Source: Heteronotia binoei | Taxonomy: Eukaryota | Direction: 5' to 3' | DNA length: 64,000 nucleotides | NCBI RefSeq assembly: GCF_032191835.1 | Contig: NC_083226.1 | Location: 21,390,001 to 21,454,000 of the forward strand | In this document: in pieces, positions 1-12,455 of the stretch | Position numbering within the stretch: position 1 is the stretch's first letter | Layout: every line of letters starts with the position of its first letter | Notes under the pieces: generated by a model | The model's database searches: none | Told to the model about the DNA's origin: nothing | The model's input: the letters and a program-made list of their open reading frames with translations, nothing else | Translations under genes and position numbers: made by a program

Positions 1-452
1 ACTCCCTGCTCCTGGTGTGTCCTGGCAACCCTAATTGGGAGGCTGAGCCTGTTTTGCCCTATAGCCTCCAGTGGAGGCAAGCTTCAGCTTAAATAGAAGG
101 GGTATTTAAAATGAAGTTTGTTTTACAGATGTACTATGGTCATGAGGTAGGGTAGATGTCTTCTTTTTTAGAGAACATGTCCTCTTTTTTTGGTGTCTGT
201 CAGATTCAAACAAATCAGCTGTTTGAAGCAGTCAGTCGGGAAATATGTCCTCTTTTCTGCTTTCCAAAATATGATAACCCTACGTGAGGAGAATAGAGTC
301 TGTGCATTGAGAGGCACAAAACATCCATAGGACAACTGATTCAAAATCCTCATACCTGCCATCTATCATGGGGACTTGGTTACATGAAATAATGGTCACA
401 AACTGTCTGTATCTGTCCCTCAAACATTACCTTCTGGGACTCTCAGCCCCAG

Positions 453-720
453 GAGAGCCAGTCTGGTGTAGTGGTTAAGTGCATGGACTCTTATCTCAGA
501 GAACTGGATTTGATTCCTCACTCCTCCACTTGCAGCTGCTAGAATGGCCTTAGGTCAGCCACAGCTCTGCAGAGCTGTCCTTGAAAAGGCAGCTTCTGTG
601 AGAGCTCTCTCAGCCTCACCTACCTTACAGGGTGTTTGTGGGGGTGGAGGAGGAAGGTAAAGGAGATTGTGAGCCGCTCCGCGATTCAGAGTGAAGGATG
701 AGATATAAATCCAATATCTT
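453..720 (+). mobile_element. tRNA-derived SINE (Squam3-like, L2-type tail)
   Basis: Head GAGAGCCAGTCTGGTGTAGTGGTTAAG (box A) and GGATTTGATTCC (box B); tail GAGCCGC...GATATAAATCC shared with the L2 3' ends in this window; five further copies present. Confidence 0.85.
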
Positions 721-1424
721 TTTCTTCCAATGTCAACCATTTAACTACTATATTTGTGTATGTGCTTTAAAAAGAAAGTTTAAAGTTTTATAGTTTAACC
801 CAAGTCCTTAAAAAACAAGAGAGAGAAAATGATAGCTAAAACGAGAAGTTATATAATAATGTTTCAGTTATGACTGAAACAAATAGAAAACATGCAACTA
901 TGTTAAACCTCAGTTTCTTGGTTCCATAAGATCAGTAACCGCCTCCTCCCCCCCCCCAAAAAAAAGATCTTACGCTGCGAGGAAAATGGTTCGATGGAAG
1001 GGGCCACATTTACTACAGAAAAAAATGGGTACTCTACTAAACCACTGAATAATTGAAGTGGATGGGTTAATTTTTCCCTCAGAGCAAGAATTGAGTCTTG
1101 TCACCCTTCAGAACCATAAAGGCGATGGAGGTGAGTTCTTTTATGTGCAAATTCTTGTGTGCAGCAGTGAACGCTTCATGCAAGAATGCGTGGACAAGGG
1201 CCAATGGATATTAAGTAGCATTTTAGCAGAAATGCCCCTCATTCTTCCACTCAGCTGTGGTGGCGTAAAGGATTTGTTGCACAAACTGCCTTCCGTTCCA
1301 GGTGAAAGGAATTCAAGCAGTGAAAAACCCTCAATATTTGCCTGAGGCCTTGGAGAGCCGTCGCCTACCAGAATAGCCAACAATGGGATAGGCCTACATT
1401 CTTTAATGCAGAAGATTTTAAGAT

Positions 1425-1620
1425 ACAGTTAAAACCAGAGTCCTTTTTGTTAGGTTTAATGGACAATCAACTGGAAAAAAGTCATGGAACCTTGTTTTTA
1501 TATATGCCTATGGTAGCGAGAATGGCATGCACAGAAATGGAAATGTCTGGCAATATCTACGGTAAAAAAAGGGTTTGAGAAGATGGTGGACTATGCAGCT
1601 ATGACTAAATTTGTTAATTA
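1425..1620 (+). mobile_element. L1 LINE ORF2 C-terminal relic
   Basis: Degenerate translation KPESFLLGLMD...QKWK...KMVDYAAMTK matches the C-terminal pattern of squamate L1 ORF2. Confidence 0.55.
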
Positions 1621-1733
1621 ATTAATTAAATTGGATTTGTTAGGCCATCCTTCCCTGCAAGCAGGGCTCAGGGCAGCTTACAAAAACCCCAATAAATGGT
1701 TTAAATTAAAACCAAAGATAAAATACCTAAAAC

Positions 1734-1915
1734 CAGGGCTTTTTTTGTAGCAGGAACTCCTTTTCATATTAAGCCACACACCCCTGATGTAGCCAACCCT
1801 CCAAGAGCTTACAGTAGGCCCTGTACAGATAGGCCTGCAAGCTCTTGGAGGATTGGCTACATCAGGGGTGTGTGGCCTAATAGGCAAAGGAGTTCCTGCT
1901 ACAAAAAAAGCCCTG
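1734..1915. mobile_element. hAT-type MITE (CAGGGC TIR family)
   Basis: TIR CAGGGCTTTTTT/AAAAAAGCCCTG; perfect 8-bp TSD CCTAAAAC (1726-1733, 1916-1923); palindromic body. Confidence 0.9.
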
Positions 1916-2173
1916 CCTAAAACATATCAACAGATGAAGCAGTACACTTTCCAAGAAGGCATCGTACCCAGCTGAGGTCCATTCCTCCTCTTAGTGTGCC
2001 TTCCACTGGCTCCATCCCCCAAAGTTACAGGGATTTCTGGACCTGGAGCTGGCAGCCTTAGCTCCTGGGAATATGGAGATCCATGCATGTTTCATATTAA
2101 GCTGCTACAGTGGCGGGGGCCACAGCAGAGGTAAACTGAATAGCGCTAAAAAGCTGATCAATGCTCAAAACGT

Positions 2174-2453
2174 CATAAGAACATAAGAGAAGCCATGCTC
2201 GATCAGGCCAATGGCCCATCCAGTCCGTGTCACACAGTGGCCAAAAAACCCCAGTGCCATCAAGAGGTCCACCAGTGGGGCTAGAAGCCCTTCCACTGTG
2301 CCCTCCCCCAAGCACCAGAATACAGAGCATCACTGCCCCAGACAGAGAGTTCCAACGATAAGCTGTGGCTAATAGCCGCTGATGGACCTCTGTTCCATAT
2401 ACTTATCCATTCCCCTCTTGAAGCTGTCTGTGCTTGCAGCCGCCACCTCCTGT
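2174..2453 (-). mobile_element. CR1 LINE 3' fragment
   Basis: CATAAGAACATAAG tail repeat followed by the CR1 3' UTR sequence; same family as 33605-34246. Confidence 0.85.
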
Positions 2454-2619
2454 GTTGGCAAGGGCTTGCAATGAATGCAACCTCTTCTGCCATCATATTT
2501 GTCTTACCAAGTCATGGCCAAGTCAAGATTCCTGTGCCTTTGGTAGCTATAATGAAAGGATAACTTAAGCAGATGAAGTTTTTCTGGTATCTATATGGGA
2601 AGGAAAATTTTTGTTCACT

Positions 2620-2995
2620 TAACTTCAGCTAATTTTCGTTTGGGAAATTCCTGGAGATTTGGGGATGGTGCTTGGGAAGGTGAAGGAGTTTGGTGGAGGA
2701 AATGATGCCACTCTAGGACTTCTGCCCCTTTTAGATTCTAGTGGTACGCCACACAGTTGGCCCTTTGATGCCGCCATTTCCACCAGAGGAACTGATCTCT
2801 GTTGTCTGGAGATCAGTTGTAATCCCAGAAGAACTTCAGGCTCCCTTTTGAGGTTGGTAAACCTACCCATAACTGAACAACCAATGAGTCCTATGCTATC
2901 CTAGTCAGATTTCTGTTTGTTTGACTGGAACTGTATGGAAATGGGAGTTTCTGGAGAGATCTATCAGCAATCCTGTTCCCAGCTTCCTGCAATGA
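2620..2995 (+). repeat. partial paralogous copy of the TAS2R upstream region (matches ~14420-14685)
   Basis: Shared blocks such as GGTTGGTAAACCTACCCAT.ACTGAACAACCAA and TTGACTGGAACTGTATGGAAA. Confidence 0.8.
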
Positions 2996-3040
2996 GGCAG
3001 AATCTAATGAGCCAGTGTGGCTCTCATTTGTGCCACCCAC

Positions 3041-3209
3041 CAGAGCTTTTTTTTGTAGCAGGAACACCTTTGCATATTAGGCCACACACCCCTGATGTAG
3101 CCAATCCTCCTGGAGCTTACAGTAGGCCCTGTAAGCTCTGTGAGGATTGGCTACATCAGAGGGTGTGGCCTAATATGCAAAGGAGTTCCTGCTACTAAAA
3201 AAAGCCCTG
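3041..3209. mobile_element. hAT-type MITE (CAGGGC family)
   Basis: Same body as 1734-1915; imperfect TSD CCACCCAC/GTACCCAC. Confidence 0.85.
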
Positions 3210-6200
3210 GTACCCACACTGTATTTCCTAAATATTCTTCTGCTGTTTGTTTTCAGATTTATAGCATATTCATTTCAGCAAACATAATCTACGACTTTCT
3301 AACAATTCTTCTTTTTTTTAAGGCCCAGAACTGTCCCCAGTATTTTGCTATGTTGTGGGACCATGCAGGGTTTCACATTTCCTATTGCTTTTCTAATAAT
3401 GAGCCATTCTTCATTGTATTTTGTTGGTTAATTTTTTTTACCTCAGTCGAGGTTACAAAACCTTGCAGTTTTCAAAGTAGGCCTCAGTAAAGCTGTAGCA
3501 CCCTCTGCTGAGAATTAGTGCAATGAACCACTGAAGGGAATGCGTTCCTATCCTATTTAATTGGCTTAACTTTGAGAAACTCGAACCCTACTTAAGGAGG
3601 TCAGCTATTCCTGGCATATGTTATTTATTAAGCACTCACTCTTTGAAAGAGTAAGTGGGAGATAGAGATACATCACTATTCTTCTTTGTCATGTGCATGA
3701 AGTCACTGGCAAATATAAAGAAGCTTGAGATGTGACTGGAATTAAAGGGGATGGGCAAGAATTTATGTTCCTTCTTCATTTGCCACCCTGTGTCTAAGAA
3801 ATGCAAGGTGGCATACATGGTTCTGTCCTCTTCCCTTTTACCCTCAAAACAACCCTCTGAGGTATGTTAAGCTGAGAGAGTGTAACTAGCACAAGTGTCC
3901 CCTCCCACTCAGTCCACACTGTTCCTCAAAGACCTCCCAGAATGCTGCATTTTGGTGAACCCAGCAGGGTGAGAAATAACAACAATAGGGTTGAGGGGTG
4001 CTCAAAGTGAGAGGTAATAATAATACTAGGGTTGGGGAAGGGTCTCAAAGTGAATGGGCAATAGGCACAGGACAGATACTGGATGGAATTGAGACCTAGG
4101 TTTCCTGTCTCATTACCAATGCTGGTATCTCCGCTTCTACTACCCCTCTGCATATCACACTTAATCCAATCAAGCCTGCTGTTGCCATTTGGCATATGAA
4201 ATCACCTTTATAGAGTTTACATCTCCAGTAATTCACGTTACATTTTACCGCTCGCATGGCCTGGCCCAACAAAGTGATATTTATGTGAGATTCAGCCCTT
4301 ATAGCAAATGAGTTTGACACCTCTGGTGCTTCTTTTGTAACATTTCATCTGTTATTATGCTGAAACCATGGCAAAAAGAAGAAGAAGAAGAGTAATATGT
4401 TTTGGGCAGAACAACAAACCTCAATCATACCCTTATAAAAAGAGTATGGAAATGCCAACTTGCTGATATTAGGAAACAAATGGATTGTTGCACTTCCTTA
4501 GAGGGCTTTTTTTGTAGAAAAAACCCAGCAGGAACTTGTTTGCATTTCCCCCCCACTGGAAATTGGATTGGTACAATGTTCCACATTGGACACAGTTCTT
4601 TTCATTGGCAGTAACCTTTGCCTTCTTGTCAGCACACTCTACTGACCATTTTGCTGCCCCTTTCTGCACTTCCCCACCCCCCTGATCTGTAATATCTATT
4701 TTGAGATATAGAGATCAGAACTCAGCTCCGCCTAGTATTGCAAAAGCAGCTTCTCACTCTAGATTTATACCTAGATTGATGACACGATGGGTCCCTAAAA
4801 TTCCATTTCAATGCATTTTTGCACATCTTACTTAAGTATCAGACAGGAGCAGACTGAGAAGTCCAAATGGCCCTGGGGCAAGCCTAGCTGAGGAAACCCT
4901 GTGGTGCCACTACTACCAATGGGGAGTCACTCAGCCCAGTGGCAGAACAATGGGTGTTAGTTCACCCACTATTTCCTCCTGAAAACTGACCACAGTGTGG
5001 AAAAAGACAATTGATAAGCTGTCATCAGGCTGGTGATGAAGGTAGGGTTGTCAGGCTAGGCCTGGCCACCAGTATGTGTGTGTGTGGGTGCAGACATGAG
5101 GGATAGGAGGTCTCATCTGCCACTATGTCACTTCCAGGGGAGACCCAGAAGTAAAGTAAGGTAGCTCTAGGAATTCTCAAGAAAGCTACACTATGTTAAT
5201 TCTAGGTTTTCCCTGGAAGTGCTATGTCCAGGAAGTGACATAGCGACCCATGCAATGTCACTTTTGATTCCCCCCCGACCCCACAATTACTTTGAGTGGT
5301 GGTGGGCAACAGAAACAGGGAGGTATTCTCTGTCCCCACTAGGGGAATGGTAAACCCAGGTGAAGGTTCTAAAACAAGTGGCCTTCTGAGGTGCTGACAG
5401 GGTGGCTAGGGCTTGCCTCTGCTTGTTCCTGGCCACCAGTTGCCTTCCAGGGCAGTGATCCCTCAGGAAATTTCTCTATTCTGATATCATATTAGCACAG
5501 GCTGTTCCCAAAGAGAACTTAAGTTAAAAATGGAACAAATTGGGGTGTGAGGTTTCTTTGTACTATTTTCCACACTATTATGGAAATATAATCTTCTTGC
5601 TGGTTTTTTAAAAATTTACATACAATCAACATTAGATATGTGTCAAGCATTGTATCGTTATCCTCTATCATAGTATTTAGAATATAGAATTGTTACTAAC
5701 CCTGAATTAAACTTAGGCACATCAAAGTAGCAACCCCCAACTTTCTTCTTTTGCTTTTACTAACAAATGCAGGAATGTCCTCTTTGAAGATAAGACCTCT
5801 TGGGACTTGTTCTCAGGCTCAGCCAGGCCTGAACCTAGGATGTGCTAGTTGCAATATAGATAAGGAACCCAGTGTGTGAATTTCACACGTGCATGTAGAA
5901 TTGTTTATAGAACCTTTGATGTGCCATCTTAAAGCATGTATTCTAGTGTTACAGAGTATCAGTTCCAATTCTCAGCTCGAATGAGCCACATGGATTATCA
6001 ATAAACCAAACTTTGTTTCAAGATTCAAGGACTGGTTATTTTGAGATCTCATGCTTGACATTATGTAGGGTATGTCTGAAAAACCTCCAGTCTCCATACC
6101 TCTACATTTTCCTCATTTGTATATAATTGGGGCCAATTTGCACATTGCAGATTCCACATGTCGCTTCTCTCATATCTGTATAAAACAGAAAATCTCTATT

Positions 6201-6930
6201 TAATTTAATCCTGCTAACTGGTTTGGGGAATTCCTGGAGATTTGGGGGCAGTGCCTGGAGAGGGCTATGTGTTAAATCCACTGTTATTGTACAGCCAGGA
6301 ATCTCTATGAGGTAGCAGAGTTCACTAGGCTCATTCACATTCATTTTATTCATATTTCAAGATTCTTGGTACTGTGTGTGCGAGCAAGGATAGTAAGGTA
6401 CACAGAGTCACTAGTCACTTTCAAAACTAATAAGAGTCCTTTATTTGGGGAACTCCATTCTAGATAGTATAGACCAGAGATAGAGTTAGAATCTAATCTA
6501 ACTGCTAAGATGATACAACTTGGCAATGACACAAGCATCAACCACACCAGGCAAGTCGGGCAAAGAGTAGCTCACTTATTGGCTATGTGTGCAGGCTGGA
6601 AAGGCTGCAAACAGGGGGGAAACTGAGGGGGCCCATAGGCTATGGGCCCCCTATGGGCCCCCACACTATGGGTGAGGGGGCCCATAGACCAATGCCTACT
6701 TGGCCTAATTGTTAATCTGGCCCTGTGGGCTTCTTGTCTTCCCCTTGGGCTGTTTGCATACGCAGAAATAGCACAGGATGTTCTTATTTGCCTTGTTGGG
6801 AAGCTGCCTGTGCTAGTGTTACAGGAAGCAACAGGATTTTCACGTTTGTTAAACATAATAGTTCATAATAATAGGTGATATTGGACAAACATGAGGTTTT
6901 AGTCAACAAATCCCAAGTCATTTGAGAAGA

Positions 6931-7027
6931 CAGATGCAAACATTTTGAACATCTCTGTAAAGTGTGCAAATATGAAATATTAGAACAGGATATAGATCTA
7001 GTAAGCCAATCCTTTATAGATTTGCAT
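6931..7027 (+). promoter_or_regulatory. orphan copy of the TAS2R octamer module
   Basis: ATGCAAAC, GTGCAAAT and ATTTGCAT (7020-7027) in the same order and similar spacing as at 15420-15516. Confidence 0.6.
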
Positions 7028-7045
7028 TCAGCAGAGCCAACCCTT

Positions 7046-7259
7046 GAACATATGAACATATGAAGCTGCCTTATACTGAATCAGACCCTCATTCCATCAA
7101 AGTCAGTACTGTCTTCTCAGACTGGCAGCGGCTCTCCAGGGTCTCAAGCAGAGGTTTTTCACACCTATTTGCCTGGACCCTTTTTTGGAGATGCCAGGGA
7201 TTGAACCTGGGACCTTCTGCTTACCAAGCAGATGCTCTACCACTGAGCCACCGTCCCTC
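7046..7259 (-). mobile_element. tRNA-derived SINE with CR1-type tail
   Basis: Minus-strand head GGGACGGTGGCTCAGTGGTAGAGC...GGTTCAATCCC; tail (CATATGTT)n; TSD CCCTTGA(A); the empty site is present in unit B (CCAATCCTTGAAAGCAGC, ~15530). Confidence 0.9.
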
Positions 7260-7351
7260 CCCTTGAAAGCTGCTCCAGCCTCTTGAAGTGATTTTGTATT
7301 CCTACATAGGAGGTCCCAGAGTTCTTCTGTGGGGTGTTTACATTACTGAAG

Positions 7352-8520
7352 GTTGAACTGGACTAAACTGTGTCAGGAGGCATTTGATACTCTAAAACGC
7401 CTATTCACTAGCGAGCCGGTGCTAGTGCACCCCAACGAGCTCAAACCCTTTGTGGTCCAGTCATTGATAAAGTTCATGAACACCCCCGGGGCTCCCTGGA
7501 GCCCGAATGGCATCACCAGATATTCAAATTGCCCCATCAGTGTGTTGAACGCCGTCTTCCACTCATCCCCTCCTTTATCCTAACTCGGAAGTAGGCGTCG
7601 CGCAGGTCAAGTTTGGTAAATATCGACCCCTCCGATACTGCACTCAGCAAGTCTTTGATTAGGGGGATGGGGTAGGCATTTGACATGGAAATCCCGTTAA
7701 TCCCACGAAAATCAGTGCAAAGTCTCAGGCTCCCGTCCTTCTTCTTACGGAATAGGACTGGAGCGGCGTGCGGGGCCGTGGCCGGGCGAATGAAGCCCCG
7801 GTGCAGGTTTTTATCTAAGAACTTTCGCAGCTCCGCTTTCTCTGCCCTCCCCATCGAGTAGAGCTTTGCCTTGGGCAGGGACTGGCCAGGGATGAGTTCT
7901 ATGGCGCAGTCCGTGCTCTGGTGAGGCGGTAGCTCATCGGCCTCCGTCTCGCTGAACGCCCCTTTCAGGTCTCAGTACTCTTGGGGGATTGATTTGATTT
8001 CCTCTATAGTCACACACAATTTCTCATTTTTGGGGGGTGGTCGTGGTCCCCTCAGTTCTTGCCACAAGTGGGAGGTGCATCGTCTGTCGAGGAAATCGAT
8101 CGTGTGCTCCCCCCACTGTATGTCCGGTTGGTGCCGGGCCAGCCACCCCACCCCCAACACAATGTCGAATGAGCAGGAGGGGGCGACCACAAATACTTCC
8201 AAGTCCCAGTGGTCCTCTACGCCCATGGGAACCTCCTGGGTTTGCTCTATGCACGGCTCCCCCTTCATTCGGGTCCCGTCCATCTGCTCGAATTCGAGCG
8301 AATTTGAGCGGCCGGGGAAGTAACTCTTTGGTCAGTTCTAACATTTCCACTAGTCTGGGAGTTATGATTTCTCGAGTGCACCCCGAGTCTATGAGGGCTC
8401 TCGCGTGCACGAATCTTTTCAATCTCACATTTAACAAAGTCAAAGGGACAAACATCAGTTTCCCCGATATTCTCACCCGGGTGCTTTTGCAGCCATCCGC
8501 TACAAAGTAACTCACGCCGA
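7352..8520 (-). mobile_element. Ty3/gypsy LTR retrotransposon fragment (protease + N-terminal RT; short inverted RT-RNaseH tether at 7352-7460)
   Basis: Aspartic protease ALIDSG; RT motifs PVLFRKKKDGSLRLCTDFRGIN, FTKLDLRDAYF, EWKTAF..MPFGL; plus-strand [25 protein letters not shown]. Frameshifted; no YxDD region, integrase or LTR. Confidence 0.92.
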
Positions 8521-8863
8521 TAAGCCCCATAGGAATCAGTTTCAAAATGTCAGCAAAGGGTTCATTGAAGTTTCAAAATGATCAGACTTGTCTTTGTTCA
8601 AAAACATTGCCTGACACCCCGTTCCTGCCCTCCTCCTCATCTGTTCAATTCACAAAATCAGCATTGCTATCAGATGGCCATCCAGCCTCTGTTTAAAAAC
8701 CTCCAAGTAAGGAGAGCCCACCACCTCCCGAGGAAGCCTGTCCCACTGAGGAACTGCTCTGTCAGGAAGTTCTTCCTAATGTTAAGCCAAAAACTTTTGA
8801 TTTAATTTCAATCCGCTGGTTTCTGGTCTGACCTTCTGAGACAATTGAAAACAATTCTGTACC

Positions 8864-8880
8864 AAATTATAATAATAGTA

Positions 8881-8933
<53 letters not shown>

Positions 8934-8950
8934 TATTATTATTATTATTT
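8864..8950. repeat. (AAT/ATT)n microsatellite, tail of the L2
   Basis: Direct reading of the sequence. Confidence 0.95.
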
Positions 8951-10863
8951 TTAATTTATATCCCGCCCTCCCCGCCAAAGCAGGCTCAGGCGGCTCACGT
9001 AACATAAATACAGCATTACAGTAGTAAAATAATAAAACAAATAAAATACCCCAATTTACAATTATTACTCAGTTAAGCACTATAACATCAATAAAACAAA
9101 ATTTGGTGCTATGAATACAACATAGCTTTGCATAGTGATGGTATAATAATTCCACATTAAAAAGCCAGCTGGAAGAGGACGGTCTTACAGGCCCGGTGGA
9201 ACTGGTTAAGGTCCCGCAAGGCCCGTACCTCTTCTGGTAGCTGGTTCCACCAGCGGGGAGCTGTTACCGAGAAGGCCCTCTCTCTTGTTGTTTTCAATTT
9301 GACCTCCTTCAGCCCAGGGATTGTCAGCAGGTTTTGTGAGCTAGATCGAAGCATTCTCTGAGGAACATATGGGGAGAGACGGTCCTTAAGGTAGGCAGGT
9401 CCTCGGCCATATAGGGCTTTAAAGGTAGTAACCAGCACCTTGTAACGAATCCGGTACACAATTGGCAGCCAGTGCAGTTCCCGCATCCTAGGCTGCTCCC
9501 TGGATGTGCTCCTACAGCCTGGATGTGTTCCCGCAGCCTATGTGCTCCCACTTAGGGAGTCCCATTAACAGTCTGGCCGCTGTGTTCTGCACTAGCTGCA
9601 GTTTCCGGGTTCGGCACAGGGGCAGCCCCATGTAAAGGGCATTACAGTAGTCTAACCTTGAGGTGACTGTTGCCAGGTCATTGCGCTCCAGGAAAAGAGC
9701 CGACTGCCTCGCCCGTTTCAGATGAAAAAAGACGGATTTAGCAGTGGCTGCTATCTGGGCCTCCATTGACAAGGAAGGCTCCAGTAGCACCCCTAGGCTC
9801 TTGACCCTGCGCACTGTTTTCAGTGGCGCACCATCAAAGACCGGTAGGGGAATTTCCCTTCCTAGACCGCCACGGCCCAGGCACAGGAACTCTGTCTTCG
9901 CTGGATTCAACTTCAACCCACTCAGCCTGAGCCAGCCTGCCATGGTTTGCAGCACCCGGTCCAGATTTTCTGGGACATCGCCAGGCCAATCGTCCATCAG
10001 TAGATAGAGCCGGATGTCATCAGCGTACTGATGGTAACCCAGCCCATACCTCCGGGCAATCTGGGCAAGGGGGCGCATGTAGATGTTAAACAACATCGGG
10101 GAGAGCACCGCCCCTTGAGGCACCCCACAATTAAGTGGGTATTTCTGGAACAGCTCTCCCCCAATCTCCACTCTTTGTCCCCGACCATCCAGGAAAGAGG
10201 AAAGCCATTGTAAGGCCAGCCCCTGAATCCCTGCATCGGCAAGGCGGCAGGTCAGTAACTGGTGGTTGACCATATTGAATGCAGCTGATAGGTCTAACAA
10301 CAACAGTCCTGCTGAACCGCCTCGATCCAGGTGCCGCTGGAGATCATCCATGAGGGCGAAGAGTACTGTCTCCTTCCCATGGCCCGGGTGGGAGCTGGAC
10401 TGGTATGGATCTAAGGTGAAAGTGTCATCCAGGAAACTCTGCAGTTGTGGAGCCACTGCCCTCTCAATGATTTTACCCCAAAAGGGTAAATTTGAGACCG
10501 GACGATAATGTGCCAATTTGGTCGGGTCTGATGTAATCTTTTTTAGGAGGGGGTGGACCACTGCCTCTTTAAGAGGCATTGGAAAAAGACCCTCTGAGAG
10601 GGATCTATTTACGATGTCCGTATAGGACACCTAAGCTCCCTCTGGCAAGCTTTAATTAGCCAGGAGGGGCATGGGTCCAAATCACAAGTTGTAGGGTGTA
10701 CAGTAGAGAGAATTATGTCAACTTCCTCCAGGCTGAGTGTGTTGAAGCAATCCAAGATTGAACCAGAAGACAGGCACGGAGCCTCGAGTTCACTTACTGT
10801 ATCCAACATGGCGGGGAGGTCATGGCAGAGCGACGTGACCTTGTCTGCAAAAAATTTCGCAGA
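8864..10863 (-). mobile_element. L2-clade LINE, 5'-truncated (~2 kb), RT domain largely open
   Basis: ORF 9512-10630: YRPVSNLPF.GKIIER, LLLLDLSAAF..V.H, GVPQG.VLSP.LFNIY, YADD; C-terminus LHWLPI..RI.YK...LRSS; (AAT)n tail at 8864-8950. Confidence 0.95.
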
Positions 10864-12065
10864 CACATTTATATGACAGCCCTTTAGGTACTTGAAGATG
10901 GTGATCTTATCATCTCTCAATCATTTCATTTCCAGACTAAACATACCCAGTTCCTTCAGCCTTTCCTCAAAGGGTTTGGTCTCCAGACCCCTTGCCATCT
11001 TTGTTGCCCTCCACTGGACATGTTCTAGCTTGTCTATATCCTTTTTAAATTGTGGTACCCCCAAATGAACACAATACTCTGGGCGAGGTCTGACCAGAGC
11101 AAAGTAAAGCGATACCATCATCACTACACTTGATCTGGACACTATGCTTCTGTTAATACAGGCCAAGATCACATTGGCCATTTTAGCTACTGCATCACAC
11201 TGCTGACTCATGTTCAGTATATGGTCTACTAAGACCCCTATATCCTTTTTACGCATGCTACTGCCAAGACAAGTCTCTCCTATCCTATAATGATGCATTT
11301 GATTTTTCCTACTGAAATGCAGGATGGGAGAGACTTGTCTTGGCAGTAGTATGTGAAAAAGGAATGAGGGCATATTAGCCAGCAGGAAGTGACAAAAAAG
11401 TACCTATGTCCTCCAAGCTGAACAAAGTTTGGTTACTGTTCTGTAGACTTCATTGATTCTTCATTGATGAAGCTGTAAATGCAACAATTGGTCACCTGGA
11501 TCCGTTTAGATTGTCTACAGTGTTTTGGAGTTCTCAGGACTGAAGACAACAGATTGAAGAGGTTCTATGATTCCCATTGTTGTGGAGGATGGATTTATTT
11601 TTATTGTGACTTTGGTATCTATCATTTATGTCTATACTAAGTGGTTGTAGTCCAGTTCTTTTACTTGAAGGACTTTTAATTGTAAATGTTACTTGTTCAG
11701 ATGGTACTAGCAGGAAGTCTGAATTATTCATGTGTTGCATTTATTGTACACACAGCTGTATATTTCTATTATGAATTCAGGTTGTACTAACAATATAATT
11801 AAGGGGAGCATCATTCGTGGCATTGTGGGCCTATGCAGGGCTTTATATTTCCTACTGATTTTCTAATAATGAGCCAAACTTCACTGCATTTTGTTGGTAA
11901 ACAAAATATTTACCTCAGTTGAAGTTCTAGATTAGAACATCTCACTTTTCAAAGTTATTATGCTGAGGGCTCTGAAACTACGGCAGGAAAAAAAAAAGGA
12001 TTCTGGACAGAACAATAAGCCTCAATGGAAAGGTCAATGCAAAAGAACAGTGGCAGCACAATATA

Positions 12066-12455
12066 TGAAATACAAAAATACAGAAATACAAAATATTGTG
12101 CACAAACAAACAGTCTAAACTGGTGTATATAAAGTTCTATTATAATGAAATGAACAGCCCACAACAGTGGGCATACATTCATACAGAATAAATAGAAAAC
12201 AACAGTCTCAAAACAATACTCCAAGGAGGACCCCACACAGTCACAGAGTTTTCCAAAATGAGTACAAAGACTCAAAAGTACTCCTGCGGAACATTATTTT
12301 TGAGTCTTTGTACTCATTTTGGAAAACTCTGTGACTGTATGAATGTATGCCCACTGTTGTGGGCTGTTCATTTCATTATAATAGAACTTTATATACACCA
12401 GTTTAGACTGTTTGTTTGTGCACAATATTTTGTATTTCTGTATTTTTGTATTTCA
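12066..12455. repeat. ~390-bp near-perfect palindrome inside an insertion with a 15-bp direct repeat
   Basis: Arms 12066-12186 plus 12237-12277 are the reverse complement of 12298-12455; 20-nt loop; TCAATGGAAAGGTCA at 12022-12036 and 12453-12467. Confidence 0.9.

Larger units (their letters stand above)
3350..7351 (+). repeat. segmental duplicate (unit A) of the region upstream of the TAS2R at 15683 (unit B, ~11820-15620)
   Basis: Colinear homology: 3360~11830, 4445~12455, 4620~12750, 5360~13680, 6100~14010, 6725~15205, 7265~15535. Homology stops ~60 bp before where the ATG would be. Confidence 0.9.
8620..11335 (-). mobile_element. CR1 LINE 3' fragment split by an L2 insertion (CR1 parts ~8620-8863 and ~10864-11335)
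   Basis: Translation LVRPRPEYCV...FKKDIDKLEHVQWRATKM.RGLE..FEERLKELGMFSLE and FKYLKGCH is typical of CR1 ORF2; the two parts join across the L2. Confidence 0.88.

Noticed and set aside
6373-6720. Possible solo LTR with GGGCCCATAG repeats
   Set aside because: It is absent from unit B, but paired TG...CA termini and a TSD could not be found, so it was not called.
7185-7258. Possible tRNA gene
   Set aside because: It is the head of a SINE with a CR1-type tail, a TSD and an empty site in the paralogous unit.
8808-9005. Poly-Ile ORF
   Set aside because: Translation of the (AAT)n L2 tail.
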